The notes under the pieces are model-generated. The model was not told the origin of the DNA and did no database searches. It saw nothing but the letters and a program-made list of their open reading frames with translations. 64,000 bases of DNA from Mobula birostris (Eukaryota): NCBI RefSeq assembly GCF_030028105.1, contig NC_092381.1, positions 71,450,505 to 71,514,504 on the forward strand. Direction: 5' to 3'. The translations under genes were made by a program, and so were the position numbers. Positions within the stretch are counted from its first letter, which is position 1. The number at the start of each line of letters is the position of its first letter. Shown here piece after piece: positions 37,455-50,003 of this stretch.

Positions 37455-37830
37455 CCGGAGCCCGGGACGACCATTGAAGACTTGGAGTTCACGCTCAAAG
37501 TGGAGATGGGAAATAGAATTCCAAGGCGAAACTGCGGTCATTTACTGATGAATTAATGCAGAGAGATGAAACAATGACCAACCTTCGAAAGGATCAGCAG
37601 AAACTCAAGAGATCGATCCAGAACAGATTGGAAGAAGCTGCTGGTGTAATTGCGTCCCAGATGGAGATGGACATGAAGCATGGGTCAGAACTGCTGAGAC
37701 TGGGGCGAGAGTTGGAGGAGTCGGAGAAGAAGCTGACGTCTCGGTTGCCGGAGGCTGAAGAGGCTGCAGAGGCAGCCCAGGCCAAGTGCTTCAGTTTGGA
37801 GAAAAGCAAACAGCAGCTACCAATCGAGGA
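37455..37830 (+). pseudogene. Captured, internally deleted fragments of a sarcomeric myosin heavy-chain rod
   Basis: TIEDLEFTLKVE../..KLRSFTDELMQRDETMTNLRKDQQKL, RLEEAAGVIASQMEM..ELLRLGRELEES and ELEESEKKLTSRLPEAEEAAEAAQAKCFSLEKSKQQL match three separate MYH rod segments. Confidence 0.8.
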
Positions 37831-38354
37831 AATGGGGAAGAATATAGATTTGAAGGATGATGTGCGGGATGTGTGGTACATGCTGCCTTTCGCTAACTTC
37901 CCCTTGATTGAGGAAGAGACTTTTGGCCCTTCTCCCACTGAGTCAGGGGTAGTGAGGAGGGTTGGCTGCGGGCAGCCTGGGTTACTGCAGGACCCTGAAG
38001 GAAAAGAAGCAGGGCCCCGGACACAGGACAGAGGGCCCCGGACACAGGACAGGGGCTCCGAGTTGCAGTGGGGGCATGAGTGAGAGATTGAGAGAGGAGT
38101 TGGCAAGCAGACCCAAGGTATCCCCAGTAGTGTCCGAGCCTGAAGGGTTTAGGTGAGGGGGTACAGAGGTCTCGGAGGATTAGGAAACTCTCAGATAGGT
38201 TGGCCTATGTAGCGCCCATGGAACAGGGCGTAAGGTCTACTGTTAGGGGAGCAATGTGACTGTTTGTACCTGGATTGGGTTTTTGTGTCTGCAGGAAGGG
38301 TTGGCGAGTTATTTAGAAGTCATGAGGACATGACTTTATTTGGTGGGGGGAGAG

Positions 38355-39068
38355 TGTAAGGGGTTTTTTCTACTGCGGAGGCTAACAAAATGGCTTCTTT
38401 GTTATGTTTTAATTAAAATGGCTTTTCTGTAATAATAACTGTGATGTAAGGAGTTCTCTCTCTCTCTTTCTCTCTTTCTCTCTCTGCTTGTTTGGGTTAT
38501 ATTATTAATAAGAGAGAAAATGAACCAATTGGGATAGATGTTATTCTTTCTTGTGTGTCTGTAAACTACTGTTTTCGTGGGCTTTGGGGCAGAAGGCGGA
38601 TGGGGGCAGACAGAGAAGACTCAATGCTGTAAGCTGGGCAACGGGATGGACCCCAAGCGGGAGTCCGAGGCCCAGGGTTTTGGGGAGGAGAACCGAAAAG
38701 GACTGGACATGCTGGATGCGCTCTGGTTGGTCCCAGGCAGTGGGTCGAGGGGGTGAGAAGGGACCGACTAGTGGAAAGAGGACTCCGTTAATCGAGTTCC
38801 AACTGTGTGCACAAAGTGGTTGAACTTTGATAAGTTTGGCGCCTTTCACCTTCCTTTTATATTTTATCTCTATTAATTACATAGTTCCAGTAAGATCTAT
38901 AAAGTGTAATCAGTTAATCGCATATGGTGTATTGCCTGTTATTTGGCAGGGTGGGATACATCACACAGCACCCACACAAACTTGATTACCCAGTTTGGCG
39001 GGGCCAAAGGCTGCTCCCCCCAAGACGAACGCGAGCTGAGCGAGTCTGAGGCTTACCAGGGGGTTACG
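38355..39068 (+). repeat. Gypsy 3' LTR
   Basis: Starts TGTAA directly after the PPT and ends ttacg. The last ~180 bp match the 5' LTR remnant. Confidence 0.9.
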
Positions 39069-39990
39069 TAGGAAATATCCTCTCCACATCTCCTCTAACT
39101 TTCAACATTCAATAGGTTTCAATGAGATTCCCTCTCATTCTTATAAATCCTAGCGAGTACAGGCCTAGAGCCAACAAACACTCCTCTTATAACAAGTCTT
39201 TCAATCTCAGAATCATTTTAGTGAACCACCATTGAACCCTCTCCAATATCAGCATATCCTTTCTTAGATAAGGGGCCCAAACTACTCATAATATTCCAAG
39301 TGAGGCCTCACAAGTGGCTTATAAAGCCTCGGAATTACATCTTTGTTTTTATATCCTAGATCTCTCAAAATGAATACTAACATTGCATTTGCTTTCCTTA
39401 CCATTGACTCAGCCTGCAAGTTAACCTCTAGGGAATCCTGCACAAGGACTTCCAAGTCGCTTTGCACCTTGGAGTTTTGAATTTTTTCCCCTTTTAGAAA
39501 ATAGTTTATGCTTTTATTCCTTCTACCAAAATACATGACCATGCATTTCCTGACACTGGATTCCATCTGCCTCTTCTCTGCTAATTCTCCTAATCTGTCT
39601 CTGTCTTTCTGCAGGCTCCCTGCTTCCTCAACATTACCTGCCCCTCCACCTATCTTCATATCATCTGAAAACTTGGCCACAAAGCCATCAATTTCATCAT
39701 CCACATCATTGACATACAACGCAAGAAGAAGTGGTCCCAATACCGACCCCTGTGGAACTTCACTAGTCACTGGCAGCCAATCAGTAAAGGCTCCTTTTAT
39801 TTCCACACATTTCCTCCTACCAACCAGCCAATACTTTATCCAAGCTGATATCTTTCCTGTAACACCATGGGTTTTTATCTTGCAAACTAGCCTTACGTAT
39901 GGCACTTTGTCAAAGGCCTCTTGAAAATCCAAGTACACAACATCCACGGATTCTCCTTTGTGTATCCTGCTTCTTATTTCCTCAAAGAAC

Positions 39991-40902
39991 TGCAAGGCTC
40001 ATGACAGAACCTCCTTCCCTAAGGCTGGCACCTGATGGCCCATGGACATCTGGAGAACTTGACTCCGGGCTGGTAGAACCTGAGACATTCTGGAAAATTA
40101 GAAACAGACCTGATGCTCTCGAGATAGAGCTGGAAAGTTCAGAATAGAGCATATAACAGGAGCATTGTGTATGTAACTCAGGAACAATGCATATGGCTCA
40201 GAAAATTGCACATACCTCAGAAACATTGCATATCATAGGAGACCTAATGAACCTTGTTGACCTAGAGAACCTTGGAAAAATTCTTGAATGTAGACTGGAG
40301 AAGCTCGGAAATAGTCTTGGGGCACTCAGAACGTAGACTCGGGACACGAACTGAGTAAAGAAGTCATCCTTGCCTTCAGCAGACTGATATCCAAGCTGCT
40401 GTTGTATCTCCACAGGGCCCATAGGTGGTGGAGTCTTTCTGCCACAGTGAATGCTGGCCATGACTGAACCCAGGTGCAGAGGAACAGCAGGACTCTGTCA
40501 TGGTAAGGGCTGGAAACAATAAAACACAAACGCGAAGGAACTGCAGACTCCGTCACAGTGAGCAGTGGCATCAATTGAATGGACGTGTGGAGGAACAGCA
40601 GGCTCCCATGTAGAGACAGAAGCAAGAGGTTATACATAGGAATTCCAGCAGAGCATTGGTGGCACAACCGTATGACACCACGAGCAAATCATTCTCCATA
40701 CAAGGACTCTGCAATCAGTGCTAAATGGGAGTCTGCATTATATAATCATAGGAAGCAGAGAACCCATGCCAATGACAATTAACTTGACAATATTAAACAG
40801 AAAGCATAAGGGATTAATGGCTCTTGTTAAAACAATAATCAGTAAACACAGGTGCTCAAGAAATCTACAAGCCCAGTGCTCCACGGCACACTGCAGAGGC
40901 AC
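39991..40902 (-). mobile_element. Non-autonomous sushi-like LTR element with one permuted LTR
   Basis: Minus strand: LTR ending ctgcacctgggttc..actgtggca (40440), then gaaagactccacc ATG GGC CCT, short internal region, PPT agggaaggaggttc, then tgtcatgagccttgcag. Confidence 0.5.
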
Positions 40903-43900
40903 CGTCTCCCTAGTAATAGCAACTGAACTCACTTCTTCCCCCTGACACCCTTGAATATCTGGCATACTGCTAATGTCTTCCACAGTAAAGACTAATGCAA
41001 AATACTTATTCAGACTGTCTGTCATTTCTTTGGCCCCCATTAATACCTCTCCAGTGTAATTTTCCAGAGGTCCAATATCCACTCTCGCCTCTCTTTTACC
41101 CCTTATATATCTGAAAAACTTTTGGTATCCTCTTTGATATTATTGGCTAGCTTAACCTCACACTTCATCTTTATACTCCTTATGGCTTTTTTAGTTGCCT
41201 TCTGTTGGTTTTTAAAAGCTTCCCAATCCCCTAACTTCCCATTAATTTTTGCTCTATTATAGGACCTTGCTTTTATGTTGACTTTGGCTTCTCTTGTTAG
41301 CCATGGCTGTGTCATCTTGCCTTTAGAATACTTCTTCCTCTTTAGGACGCATATATCCTGTGCCTTCCAAATTGCTTCCAGAAATTCCAGCCATTGCTGC
41401 TCTGCAGTCAGTCCTGCTAGAGTCCCCTTCCAATCAACTTTAGCCCCGTCCTCTCTCAGGCCTCTGTAATTCCCTTTACTCCACTGTAATACTGATACAT
41501 CTCCTTCTCAAACTGCAGGGTGAATTCTATTATGTTATGATCACCTTCTCCTAAGGGTTCCTTTACCTTAAGCTCCCTAATCAAATCCAGTTCATTATAC
41601 ACACCCAATTCAGAATAGCTGATCCCCTAGTAGGTCCAACCACAAGCTGCTTTTAAAAACCATCTTGTTGGCATTCTACAAATTTTCTCTCTTAGGATCC
41701 ATCACCAACCTGATTTTCCCAATCTACATGCATATTGAAATCCCACATGACTATTGTAACATTGTCCTTTTGACAGGCATTTTTTATGTCCTGTTGTAAT
41801 TTGTAGCCCTCATCCAGCCTATTGTTTGGAGTCCTGGATATAACTTCCATCAGGGTCTTTTTACCTTTGCAGTTCATTAACTCTACCCATAACGATTCTA
41901 CATCTTCCAATCCTATGTCTCCTCTTTCTAAGAATTTGATTTCATTTTTTACCAACAGAGCCATGCCATCCCTGCTGCCTACCTGCCTGTCCTTTCAAAA
42001 TAATGTGTATCCTTGGATGATACAATCTACTTTCAGCCATAACTCAGTGATGCCCACATCATCATACCTGCCAATCTCTAACTGTGCTACAAAATCATTT
42101 ACCTTATTCCATATACTGTATGCATTCAAATATAACACCTTCAGTTCTGTATTCATCACCCTTTTCAATTTTCTCCCCTGTTACACTGGAACTCATTCCA
42201 CTGATTGCAATTTTGCCCTATCACCTGCCTGTCCTTCCTAACAATCTCATGACACACTGCCTCTTCTAATACATCAACTGCCCTATCCTCAGCCCTATCA
42301 CCCAAAACATGTTGGCAATCTGAGAAGTACTGTGGCAGAAAGTAATGAACCAAGTCTTATTCTGTTGGAGCTCCAAAGTAGATATACTGCCAAGGAACTC
42401 AACCTTCTGCTTAGGAGAACATAGTCAATCATAATACATATTAACTTGATGAGCTCAGAAATTTTTGATTCTGGCTTCTGTCCAAGGGCATAGTCTCAAC
42501 TTCAGAAAGCGCTTAAAAATTAAAGCCAGCATCCTGAAAACTATATGATCTAGCTGGGCCTTTTTACCTGCTGCCAATCTATTTTAAACCAGAAATAATA
42601 TTATTCTGATATTCTTTCCTTCTATTTTATTGCAAAAAAAGAACATAGTTTTTTTTCTTTTCCACAAATTTACATCCAATGATTAGCACCAACCAAAGAG
42701 TTTACAATAAACAGCATTTCAGTTGTACCTGAAATTTCAGTTCAATTTGTCCTAAGATACTTTAATTTTCTGCCAAGACTGTCAACTGAAAAAGCCTTTC
42801 CCATTAGTTGGACAATCAGCAGAAATCTTCTTCCTAATTAATCTCTCAGCTGTTTTAATTGTTACTTTTTTTGTCCTAAATTGTGCTTATACCTAACTGT
42901 GTTTGTGAGCAATTTCCAATTATCCATATCTAGCTAAATTTTTGAATTACACATGATGTACTATTTCTCAAAAGAATTGGGCTATAATCCAATCCACTTA
43001 TTTCTCACACTTCTCCACTTATACATATTCATTTATTTAACATTAAACCTACCAACAGAGTGGCATTAATTTTGTCAGATCACATCTTGGTGGGAATGTA
43101 ACTCTGTTTCTTCCTCATTCCTCTTCTGTACAATGACTCTGAAACTAGATAACAAGCTAAAGTCAAGGTGTTCTTTCCCAGCTCACCACAGTTTCCCTAG
43201 AGATCTTTCTGTTGCCTCTAACCTCAATTTGAACCTCAGGTCACCATATTTGCTTACTTCCCAAACTCTACAAGCAATATTACTCTTGTAGAACCGTTCT
43301 CACAGCCATGCTTTGGAACTATTTTCTTCCTGGTACCAATTCATTTTTGTTTTCTCCCCTTTTCCAATATTTTCCTGTTTATTTCCAATGGATCATGCCT
43401 GTGTCAGCTGTCACGTGAATAGTTTATAATTTCCCAGTAAAGCTCTCATTTTTGCAAAGTATGTTCAATCCAGCTTGCAAGAACTTGGGAACACAAAACA
43501 GCAAGTTCACAATATATAATAAATCTGATTCTGATTCTAAGTGTGATAACGTAGAGGCTAAATTACTGGATTGGCATTCAGAGACCTATATTGATTGATC
43601 CGAGGACATCCCACCAAAACAACTATGCAATTTTTCAAGCCTTCTATTCCTATTAGGGTTGAGCAAAAATGCTGACCTTTCCAGGGAATTAATGACTTTA
43701 AAGAAGAACACAGCTCCCCACTTTCCATTACACCTTTCTGTACAATTAGTTTCTCTTGACCCTCCTCCTTCCCTGATCCCAAACACCCTTTCAAAATAAA
43801 ACACTAACCTGTACACTTAATGTAGTATACAGGCTGTACCCAGGTGACAAACAAGCTCCATTTTATAGATGTTCATAAGCCAATGTTGTCCATCGACAGA

Positions 43901-43963
43901 AAATACAGAAAAAAACGGTCAAAATGGTAACCATACTTACTTTCTTCCTGGACCAACTCATTT

Positions 43964-44201
43964 TGTAACTCCAAGTCATAAAATTAATTTAAAGAAAAAC
44001 ACAGAGCCGAGAAATGAGTGTCTTAGTTTCATTTTACTTTTAGCGAGGCACGCACCAATGATGTGGTGGCGTGATGGTGGATGCCATTCACATACTTTTA
44101 CATATAACATGTAATGAATCATTTAAACAACAATAAATGCTCAATCAAACAATATATTCATCATATTACTCAAATACTACTGAAATATCAAATACACAAC
44201 A
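43964..44201 (-). mobile_element. Short solo LTR
   Basis: Inverted termini tgtaac...acaaca (TG..CA). No clear TSD. Lies next to a Tigger-like end at ~43829. Confidence 0.45.
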
Positions 44202-44821
44202 ATACCTCCACAGTGTTGTAATGCATGGCATCAAAAGCACATAAGACTCATAAGAGAGAACAATTACTAGAAGTAGGTAGAGAGAGAGGGGAAAATAATT
44301 CTGACATTCACAGGAACAAATGTACGTATATACATTGGACTTTTGAATTTAATAATATTACAGAAACTTGCCTACATAAGTCTGGCTTTCGTAACCCAGG
44401 GGACTTGTACTGTGTTCATTGCTCATTGTGTAGTAACCTTTGGACTGTGTGACCATAAAGTGATCCCAAACCTTCAGCGGTCCATCATTTTTAATTCTCC
44501 GTCCCACTCCTACTCTGACCTTTGTCTCTTTGACCTCACACTCTGTTCCAATGAACAGATCAAAATACTGAACTGCATCTTTCAATATTGATATAATGTT
44601 GAATTCAACAATATCAAATATTTACTCTGCTCTTTATATCTTCTCAGGACCCATTCTTTATTTCTTTTAAGTCATACTATCATCCCCTTCACCGTGTCTA
44701 CTTTAAGAATCATTTTTATCCTTCAGTCTCCTTCCCTCAAATCCTCTTTTTCATTGCTGCTCTCTTTCCCTTTCTTTCATGTGTCTCTATTTTTTTTAGG
44801 TCATTTACCGGAAGCCTTAAG

Positions 44822-45460
44822 AAACAAGAGAAAATCTGCAGATGCTGGAAATCCAAAGCAATACACACAAAATGCCAGAGGAACACAGCAAGCGAGGCAG
44901 CATCTATGGAATAGAGTAAACAGACGGTGATTCAGACTGAAAAGGAAGATGAGAAGTCAGAGTAAGAAAGTGGGGGGAGGGGAGGAAGAAGTACAGGGTT
45001 GTAGGTGATAGGTGAAACCGGGAGGGGGTGCTGTTGAAGTAAAGATATGGGAAGTTGATTGGTGAAAGAAATAAAGGACTGGAAAAGGGGGATCTGATAG
45101 GAGAGGACAGAAAACCATGGAAGAAAAGGAAGGGGGAGGAGCACCAGAGGGAGGTGATGGTCAGGTAAGGAGATGAGGTGAGAGAGAGAAACAGGAATGG
45201 GAATGGTGAAGATGGTGGGGGGAGGAGCAATTACCAGAAGTTTGAGAAGTCAATGTTCGTGCCATTAGGTTGGAGGCTATGCAGATGGGTTATAAGGTGT
45301 TGCTCCTCCAACCTGAGCGTGGCCTTATTGTGGCAATAGAGGAGGCCATGGATTGACATGTTGGAATGGGAATGGAAAGTGACTGGCAACAGGGAAATCC
45401 CTCTTTTTTCTGGTAGGTGCTTGGAGAATTGGTCTCCCGATCTACGTCAGGTCTCACCAG
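44822..45460 (-). mobile_element. Penelope-like 3' fragment
   Basis: Terminal repeat aacaagagaaaatctgcagatgctgg plus a degraded GIY-YIG 3' end homologous to 24655-24905. Confidence 0.85.
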
Positions 45461-46254
45461 AAGCTTTAAGTCTGTTTCTCTCTATACAACTGTTGCCTGA
45501 AATGCTGACTATTCTAGTTTGATTTATATTTATGTTAGATCTCCATCATTAACAGATTCTTATTTGTCTAGACAGTATCTGTGCATTTCATAAGACCACA
45601 AATTTGATAAAAACTATGTCCTTCCAGAGAATCAAACTAAAGCAAATGGAGGCCAATCTGTAAAAAAAGCAACAAGCATCAACAGCATTACAAATACAGT
45701 TCTGATTAAAACAAACATTAGCAAGGTGATAAATCTTCCTCCTCTTTACTGCAACAAAATTAAATTCAGAGTTTACCAGGTCAGATGGTGTCACAGAAAT
45801 AAAATAGCTGGTGTTGTGAAAAGCAGAAACTAAGACTGCCACCCCTGTGTTAGGTACAATTTTCATATGTCCGCCTACAGATATGATTAAAACAGGTTAC
45901 AACAGAATGCTTTCAAGTAAGTGGATATCAGAGCTTGTAAAAAAGGCTGTTAGCTAACCTGTCCCCAGGGGAATAAATAGAAAAGTTGGTGTAACAGTGC
46001 AATGCATCTACTGCAGTCTCAGTTGTTAGAAGAGATGTACTGTCTAGCCAGCATCATGTATGTGGTGCTGCGACTAAACTTTCCTGAATCCTTTTGCAAT
46101 TTAATGACCACTATAAATAACGCAAGGCACACAGAACAAATTTGCTGGAGGAGCTTCTCTGTGCACTTACAGTATGATCCCATTATTATAGCTGTAACTC
46201 TGTCTCATTATTCCTTGTGAAAGGAGGATTGCAAATGTATGTGTTAGATGTTTG

Positions 46255-46540
46255 TATGAACACTGTAGTTAAACCACTGGACTGGAGACCAGAGTTCCAG
46301 AACATTGATCTTGAGACACAGGTTTGAATCTCACTATAGAAGCTGGAGAATTTATAGTAAATTCAAGTAATATCCAAGTCCAGAATTAAAGATAGTCCCT
46401 GTAACATTAGTTATGAAACTACTGGATTGTTGTAAAATCCTGTCCAGTTTACTAACATCTTGCAAGGAAAATAATCTTGTTCCCATACCTGGTCTGCTTA
46501 ACATATGAGTCCGATGTGGGTGAATCTTAACTGCCTTTTC
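46255..46540 (+). mobile_element. Old tRNA-derived SINE
   Basis: B-box-like ggtttgaatctc. Body ..cctggtctg..atgtgggtgaatcttaactgcc, with a related reverse fragment at ~1770-1860. Confidence 0.45.
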
Positions 46541-47073
46541 AGTAAGATCTGACTTAGGCTATTGAGTGAAAAATTAACCCACTTCAATGAGAAATAAACC
46601 AAAGAGCTGCTGTCCTTGGAGACATAGAGCAAAATTTAAAATCATGAACAGTTTTGTTTCAGATATTGTTTCCAACAGTGGAAGAATTGATTACCAGAGG
46701 GCATAGGTATAAGGTAATAGCTAAAAGATCGTGTGGCAACTAATTTTTTTTCTGAAATGAGTGATTAGGATTTGAATATATGTACTGCCTGAAGCAGCAC
46801 GTATCCGGAAGGGACCTGGAGAGGTAATTGAAGGAAAGAGATATTGAAGGGGTATGAGGAGAGAGACAAGGATGAGAATTAAAAAAACAACCAGTATGCT
46901 CTATAAAGCAGCTTACACAGACTCATGGACCAATTTTCCTCTTTATGCATTGTTCAAAATTTTAGGAAAATGAGCAACAGAGAAGAACTTTATGGAAAGT
47001 GGAAATTACTGACGTCCTGCACTTCTGAGGGAGAAAAAATTAATATTTGCATTTCAAATAGTTGTTTTCTTGA

Positions 47074-47308
47074 ACAGCACACACAAAATGCAGGAGGAAC
47101 TCAGCAAGTCAGACAGCAACAATAGAGGAGAATAAACGATTGATGCTCCCGGCCCTTGTCGGGACCTGATGAGTCCTGATGAAGGATTTTAGGCCAAAAC
47201 TTCAACTGTTTATTCCCTTTCATAGATGCTGCATGACTTGCTGAGTTCCACCAGCATTGTGTGTGTGTGTTGCTCAAAATTTCCAGCACCTGCAAAATCT
47301 CTTGTGTT
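47074..47308. mobile_element. Palindromic Penelope-terminal-repeat mini-element just 3' of the CDCP2 stop codon
   Basis: Inverted arms cacacaaaatgcaggaggaactcagcaagtca / tgacttgctgagttccaccagcattgtgtg. Centre cctgatgagtcctgatgaagg. Confidence 0.8.
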
Positions 47309-47367
47309 TATATTTGCTCTCCTGAGACTTGTTCACACCTCATTTCTCATGTGATTGTCTCATGCCT

Positions 47368-47688
47368 CTACAGCAGAACCAGTCCTATGATAGCAATCAG
47401 CATTAGAAGTCCTGCCAAAACACAAATACCAATGAAGACAATATCACTGGTGTCTTGCATCCTTGAAACATCAGGTCCATCTACCACCTTTGATTCTTCA
47501 GAATTTGAATCGTCCAAGTTCACAGCCAGCTGCTGGAGTTGATACAGTTCGGTGTCTGTGATGACGTTGTAGGAGGCTGCTTTGGTTTTGACATTACACT
47601 GCATCTTATATTCCTGGGTGTCACTACGTGTTCCAACGGGGAAACGTATATACAAAATGTTCACAAAAATGGTGGCATTCTTAATTCT
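47368..47688 (-). CDS. CDCP2: CUB domain-containing protein 2, coding exon 6 (terminal, transmembrane)
   Basis: cag|RIKNATIFVNILYIRF...QDTSDIVFIGICVLAGLLMLIAIIGLVLL* matches the CDCP2 C-terminus. Confidence 0.93.
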   Translation of the reverse strand, partial: RIKNATIFVNILYIRFPVGTRSDTQEYKMQCNVKTKAASYNVITDTELYQLQQLAVNLDDSNSEESKVVDGPDVSRMQDTSDIVFIGICVLAGLLMLIAIIGLVLL

Positions 47689-48400
47689 CTGCAAAGTGAA
47701 AACTGAAATAAGGACCAAGTTTTCAACTACTTTCTGTAGATAACACTGATGTGAATATTTGAATTAGGAGCAAAAGTTTGCCGCTCAAACCCATTCCATC
47801 ATATAATCAGACATTGAGAGATGGAAAGGCAGGTAGAATATTTGTTTTTATCAGTTCAGGCACAGAGTACAGGAGTAAGGACATCATGCTAAAGCTACGT
47901 AAGTTAGAAGTTAGACCACAATACTGTGTACAGCTTTCGTCACCATACTTAGGGAAGAACGTGATGACATTTGAGAAGGAAGAGTTCTGCAAGAATGTGA
48001 ACAGGACTAGAAGAAAGATAGTTATGAAGAAAGACAGTCCAGGCTAAAACTGAGGCACAAAAAATTATAAGTGGTATTGACACGGTGAAAAGGAAGGATC
48101 TATTCCTCCTCGATGAGATTTCAGTAACTAGGAGAAACGTGCATGTTAATTGGTAAAAGGATTGGCAAGCCATTCAGGAAAGTAATGTAAATCTGGAACA
48201 CTTTCCTGAAAAGATAACCTAAGGCAGAAACTCTCATCACATGAAAAATCTACTGGGATGACCAATTTAACGTTTATACCTAAAGGGTTGGGAAGTGAGA
48301 TTAATCAATAAAGCTTCCTTTTCACTGGCAAAGAGCTCAATGCTCTTACATGACCTAAAGGTATATTTGACCATCGACTCAGTTTATTATCATTAATCAC

Positions 48401-48579
48401 CTGTGTTGTTGTTCCGCAGGCATCAAATCGTGAAATTATCTTGAATGTTGAGCTGAATACCTGTGCCATGCAACCGGGCCTTCCAAGATAAATGCTGTTA
48501 CGATTGAGTGAAGGAAGAGCCTGCACAGCTATCAGAATCTGGAAATCCGTTCTAGAGCAGCTGACGTTCATGGGAACGA
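48401..48579 (-). CDS. CDCP2: CDCP2 coding exon 5
   Basis: tag|(V)VPMNVSCSRTDFQILI...ISRFDACGTTTQ|gtgatt, phase 1 to 0. Confidence 0.93.
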
Positions 48580-49649
48580 CTAAAATAAATAAAACGTAAA
48601 AAGTCAGTTAATATTAAGTAGCTATGGTTGCATCTGTTACATAGAACAATCCTCAAAAAAGACTGACGACGCTGTTGATAAAGACCCTGCCTGTTATACT
48701 CAGTCATTCAGTTGGCAAACGAACAGTCCAGTGAACCTACATCTGTTGAATGTCCTGCTTTATGTGCCACTAGGACAATTGACTCTGTTGGTGAATGAGC
48801 TGCACAAACTAAAAGGTCCCTGGCCCAATCACTATGACATCTCTGCCAGGAACCAGCAGGGCCACCACATTTGACCTCAGTGTACTTCATAATGCAGCAG
48901 AGGGAGTGAAATATGTCGTCAGTTCTCCCTTTCACGCTTGGTGTATAATTGGGAAGCGTACACACGCCTGAAGTGTAGATGAAAGGACAGGTCATGTCCT
49001 GTTATGATTCACTCACAGTTGTAAAGTTTTCCACTCTCTCCCACAGGTGCACATCTGAAAACTTAATACCTAAGTTAGGAAATGAGGATAGCCTGGGCTG
49101 GAGCATGCCACAACATGAATGGGGAAGAAAACCAGAGAAAAATTAAAATTTTAACTTCCTTTTAAAAAATGCACAAGATTATAGCCTTAGAAAATCATAC
49201 AATTGAGTACAATATGAAAAAGAGGTGTTGGCCACAGGTACAGTGACATGGAGACATGAAAATACTTGATACAATGTAATTTATTATTGTTAACCTTTGT
49301 GTACCAGTTCCCATGGATTCAAGAGATAATTAGTATTAGTCTATCTTCTTTTCTTATTGCAGCTTTATTGCTTGTAAAAATCTGGACCTTTTTTTTAGAG
49401 GTACACAGAGCCAATAATAATTAGATTGAATCTGTAACCAGGAAAACTAATTACAGTGTATTTTTATTACCATAATTTGCTGTATTTTTGTATTAAATTG
49501 TGGAAATTTACACATCACAGTAAAGGTGCCCAGGAGTGTTACCAAAAACTTCCACGCTTGATTGTCTCGACTGCAAAGTCAGAAATATTTGATGAGAACT
49601 CAGATTCCACACGCTAATGCCATTGTGCCATAATGAACTCCTAACTTAC

Positions 49650-50003
49650 CGCCATTGTAGGATACATGGAAGCCACGGGAAGCTGTGTTCCTGTCAGCCG
49701 ACAACACGAACAGAAGTCTGTTCCCATTGGACAACAGAGAAGGAGGTGAGTTACGACCACACCATTTTCCCAGCAATGTGTCAGTCTCACTGTCTCCATC
49801 AAAGATTGCCAGAAAGTCATAATCGCAGGCATCGCTCAGGCTATCCCTGTCCTCCAACTCAAAATCAATTAAGTGAACTTTGATCCTGTAACTTAGAGGC
49901 TGTCGGATGGTCCAGTGACAATTGATATTATTAGGATAAATGCTTGGGTAGCGAGGGCTGGAGAAATTCCCTTTAATGGCTGTGAAGACCTGTTGACACT
50001 CAC
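49650..50003 (-). CDS. CDCP2: CDCP2 coding exon 4 (CUB3)
   Basis: cag|(G)ECQQVFTAIKGNFSSPRYPSIYPNNINCHWTI...SRGFHVSYNG|gtaagt, phase 1 to 1. Confidence 0.96.

Larger units (their letters stand above)
35620..39068 (+). mobile_element. Defective Gypsy LTR retrotransposon with PNMA-like gag and captured myosin sequence
   Basis: 5' LTR end 35620-35788 is homologous to 38890-39068. PBS tgggggcttcgtctgagat (tRNA-Pro-like). Gag TPKGAEAYETWTEQISQLLDEWQCS, protease AILDTG, RT FNVLDLRSG..QIPMSEADKEKT..YVDD, PPT tggtggggggagag, 3' LTR 38355-39068. Confidence 0.92.
34485..42300 (-). mobile_element. Degraded CR1 (ORF2 to 3'UTR) hosting two LTR-element insertions
   Basis: 3' end at 34485-34711, resuming at 39069. 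RT ORF 39282-39995 (VYLDFQEAFDKVP, KFSDDMK). Endonuclease region 40905-42300. Confidence 0.85.

Noticed and set aside
37556-38083. Functional myosin gene
   Set aside because: No motor domain, discontinuous rod pieces with a frameshift and a helix-breaking proline, embedded between Gypsy LTRs.
47165-47210. Active hammerhead in the CDCP2 3'UTR
   Set aside because: CUGAUGA is present on the antisense strand but the GAAA box is mutated, and the sense-strand arm is degenerate.
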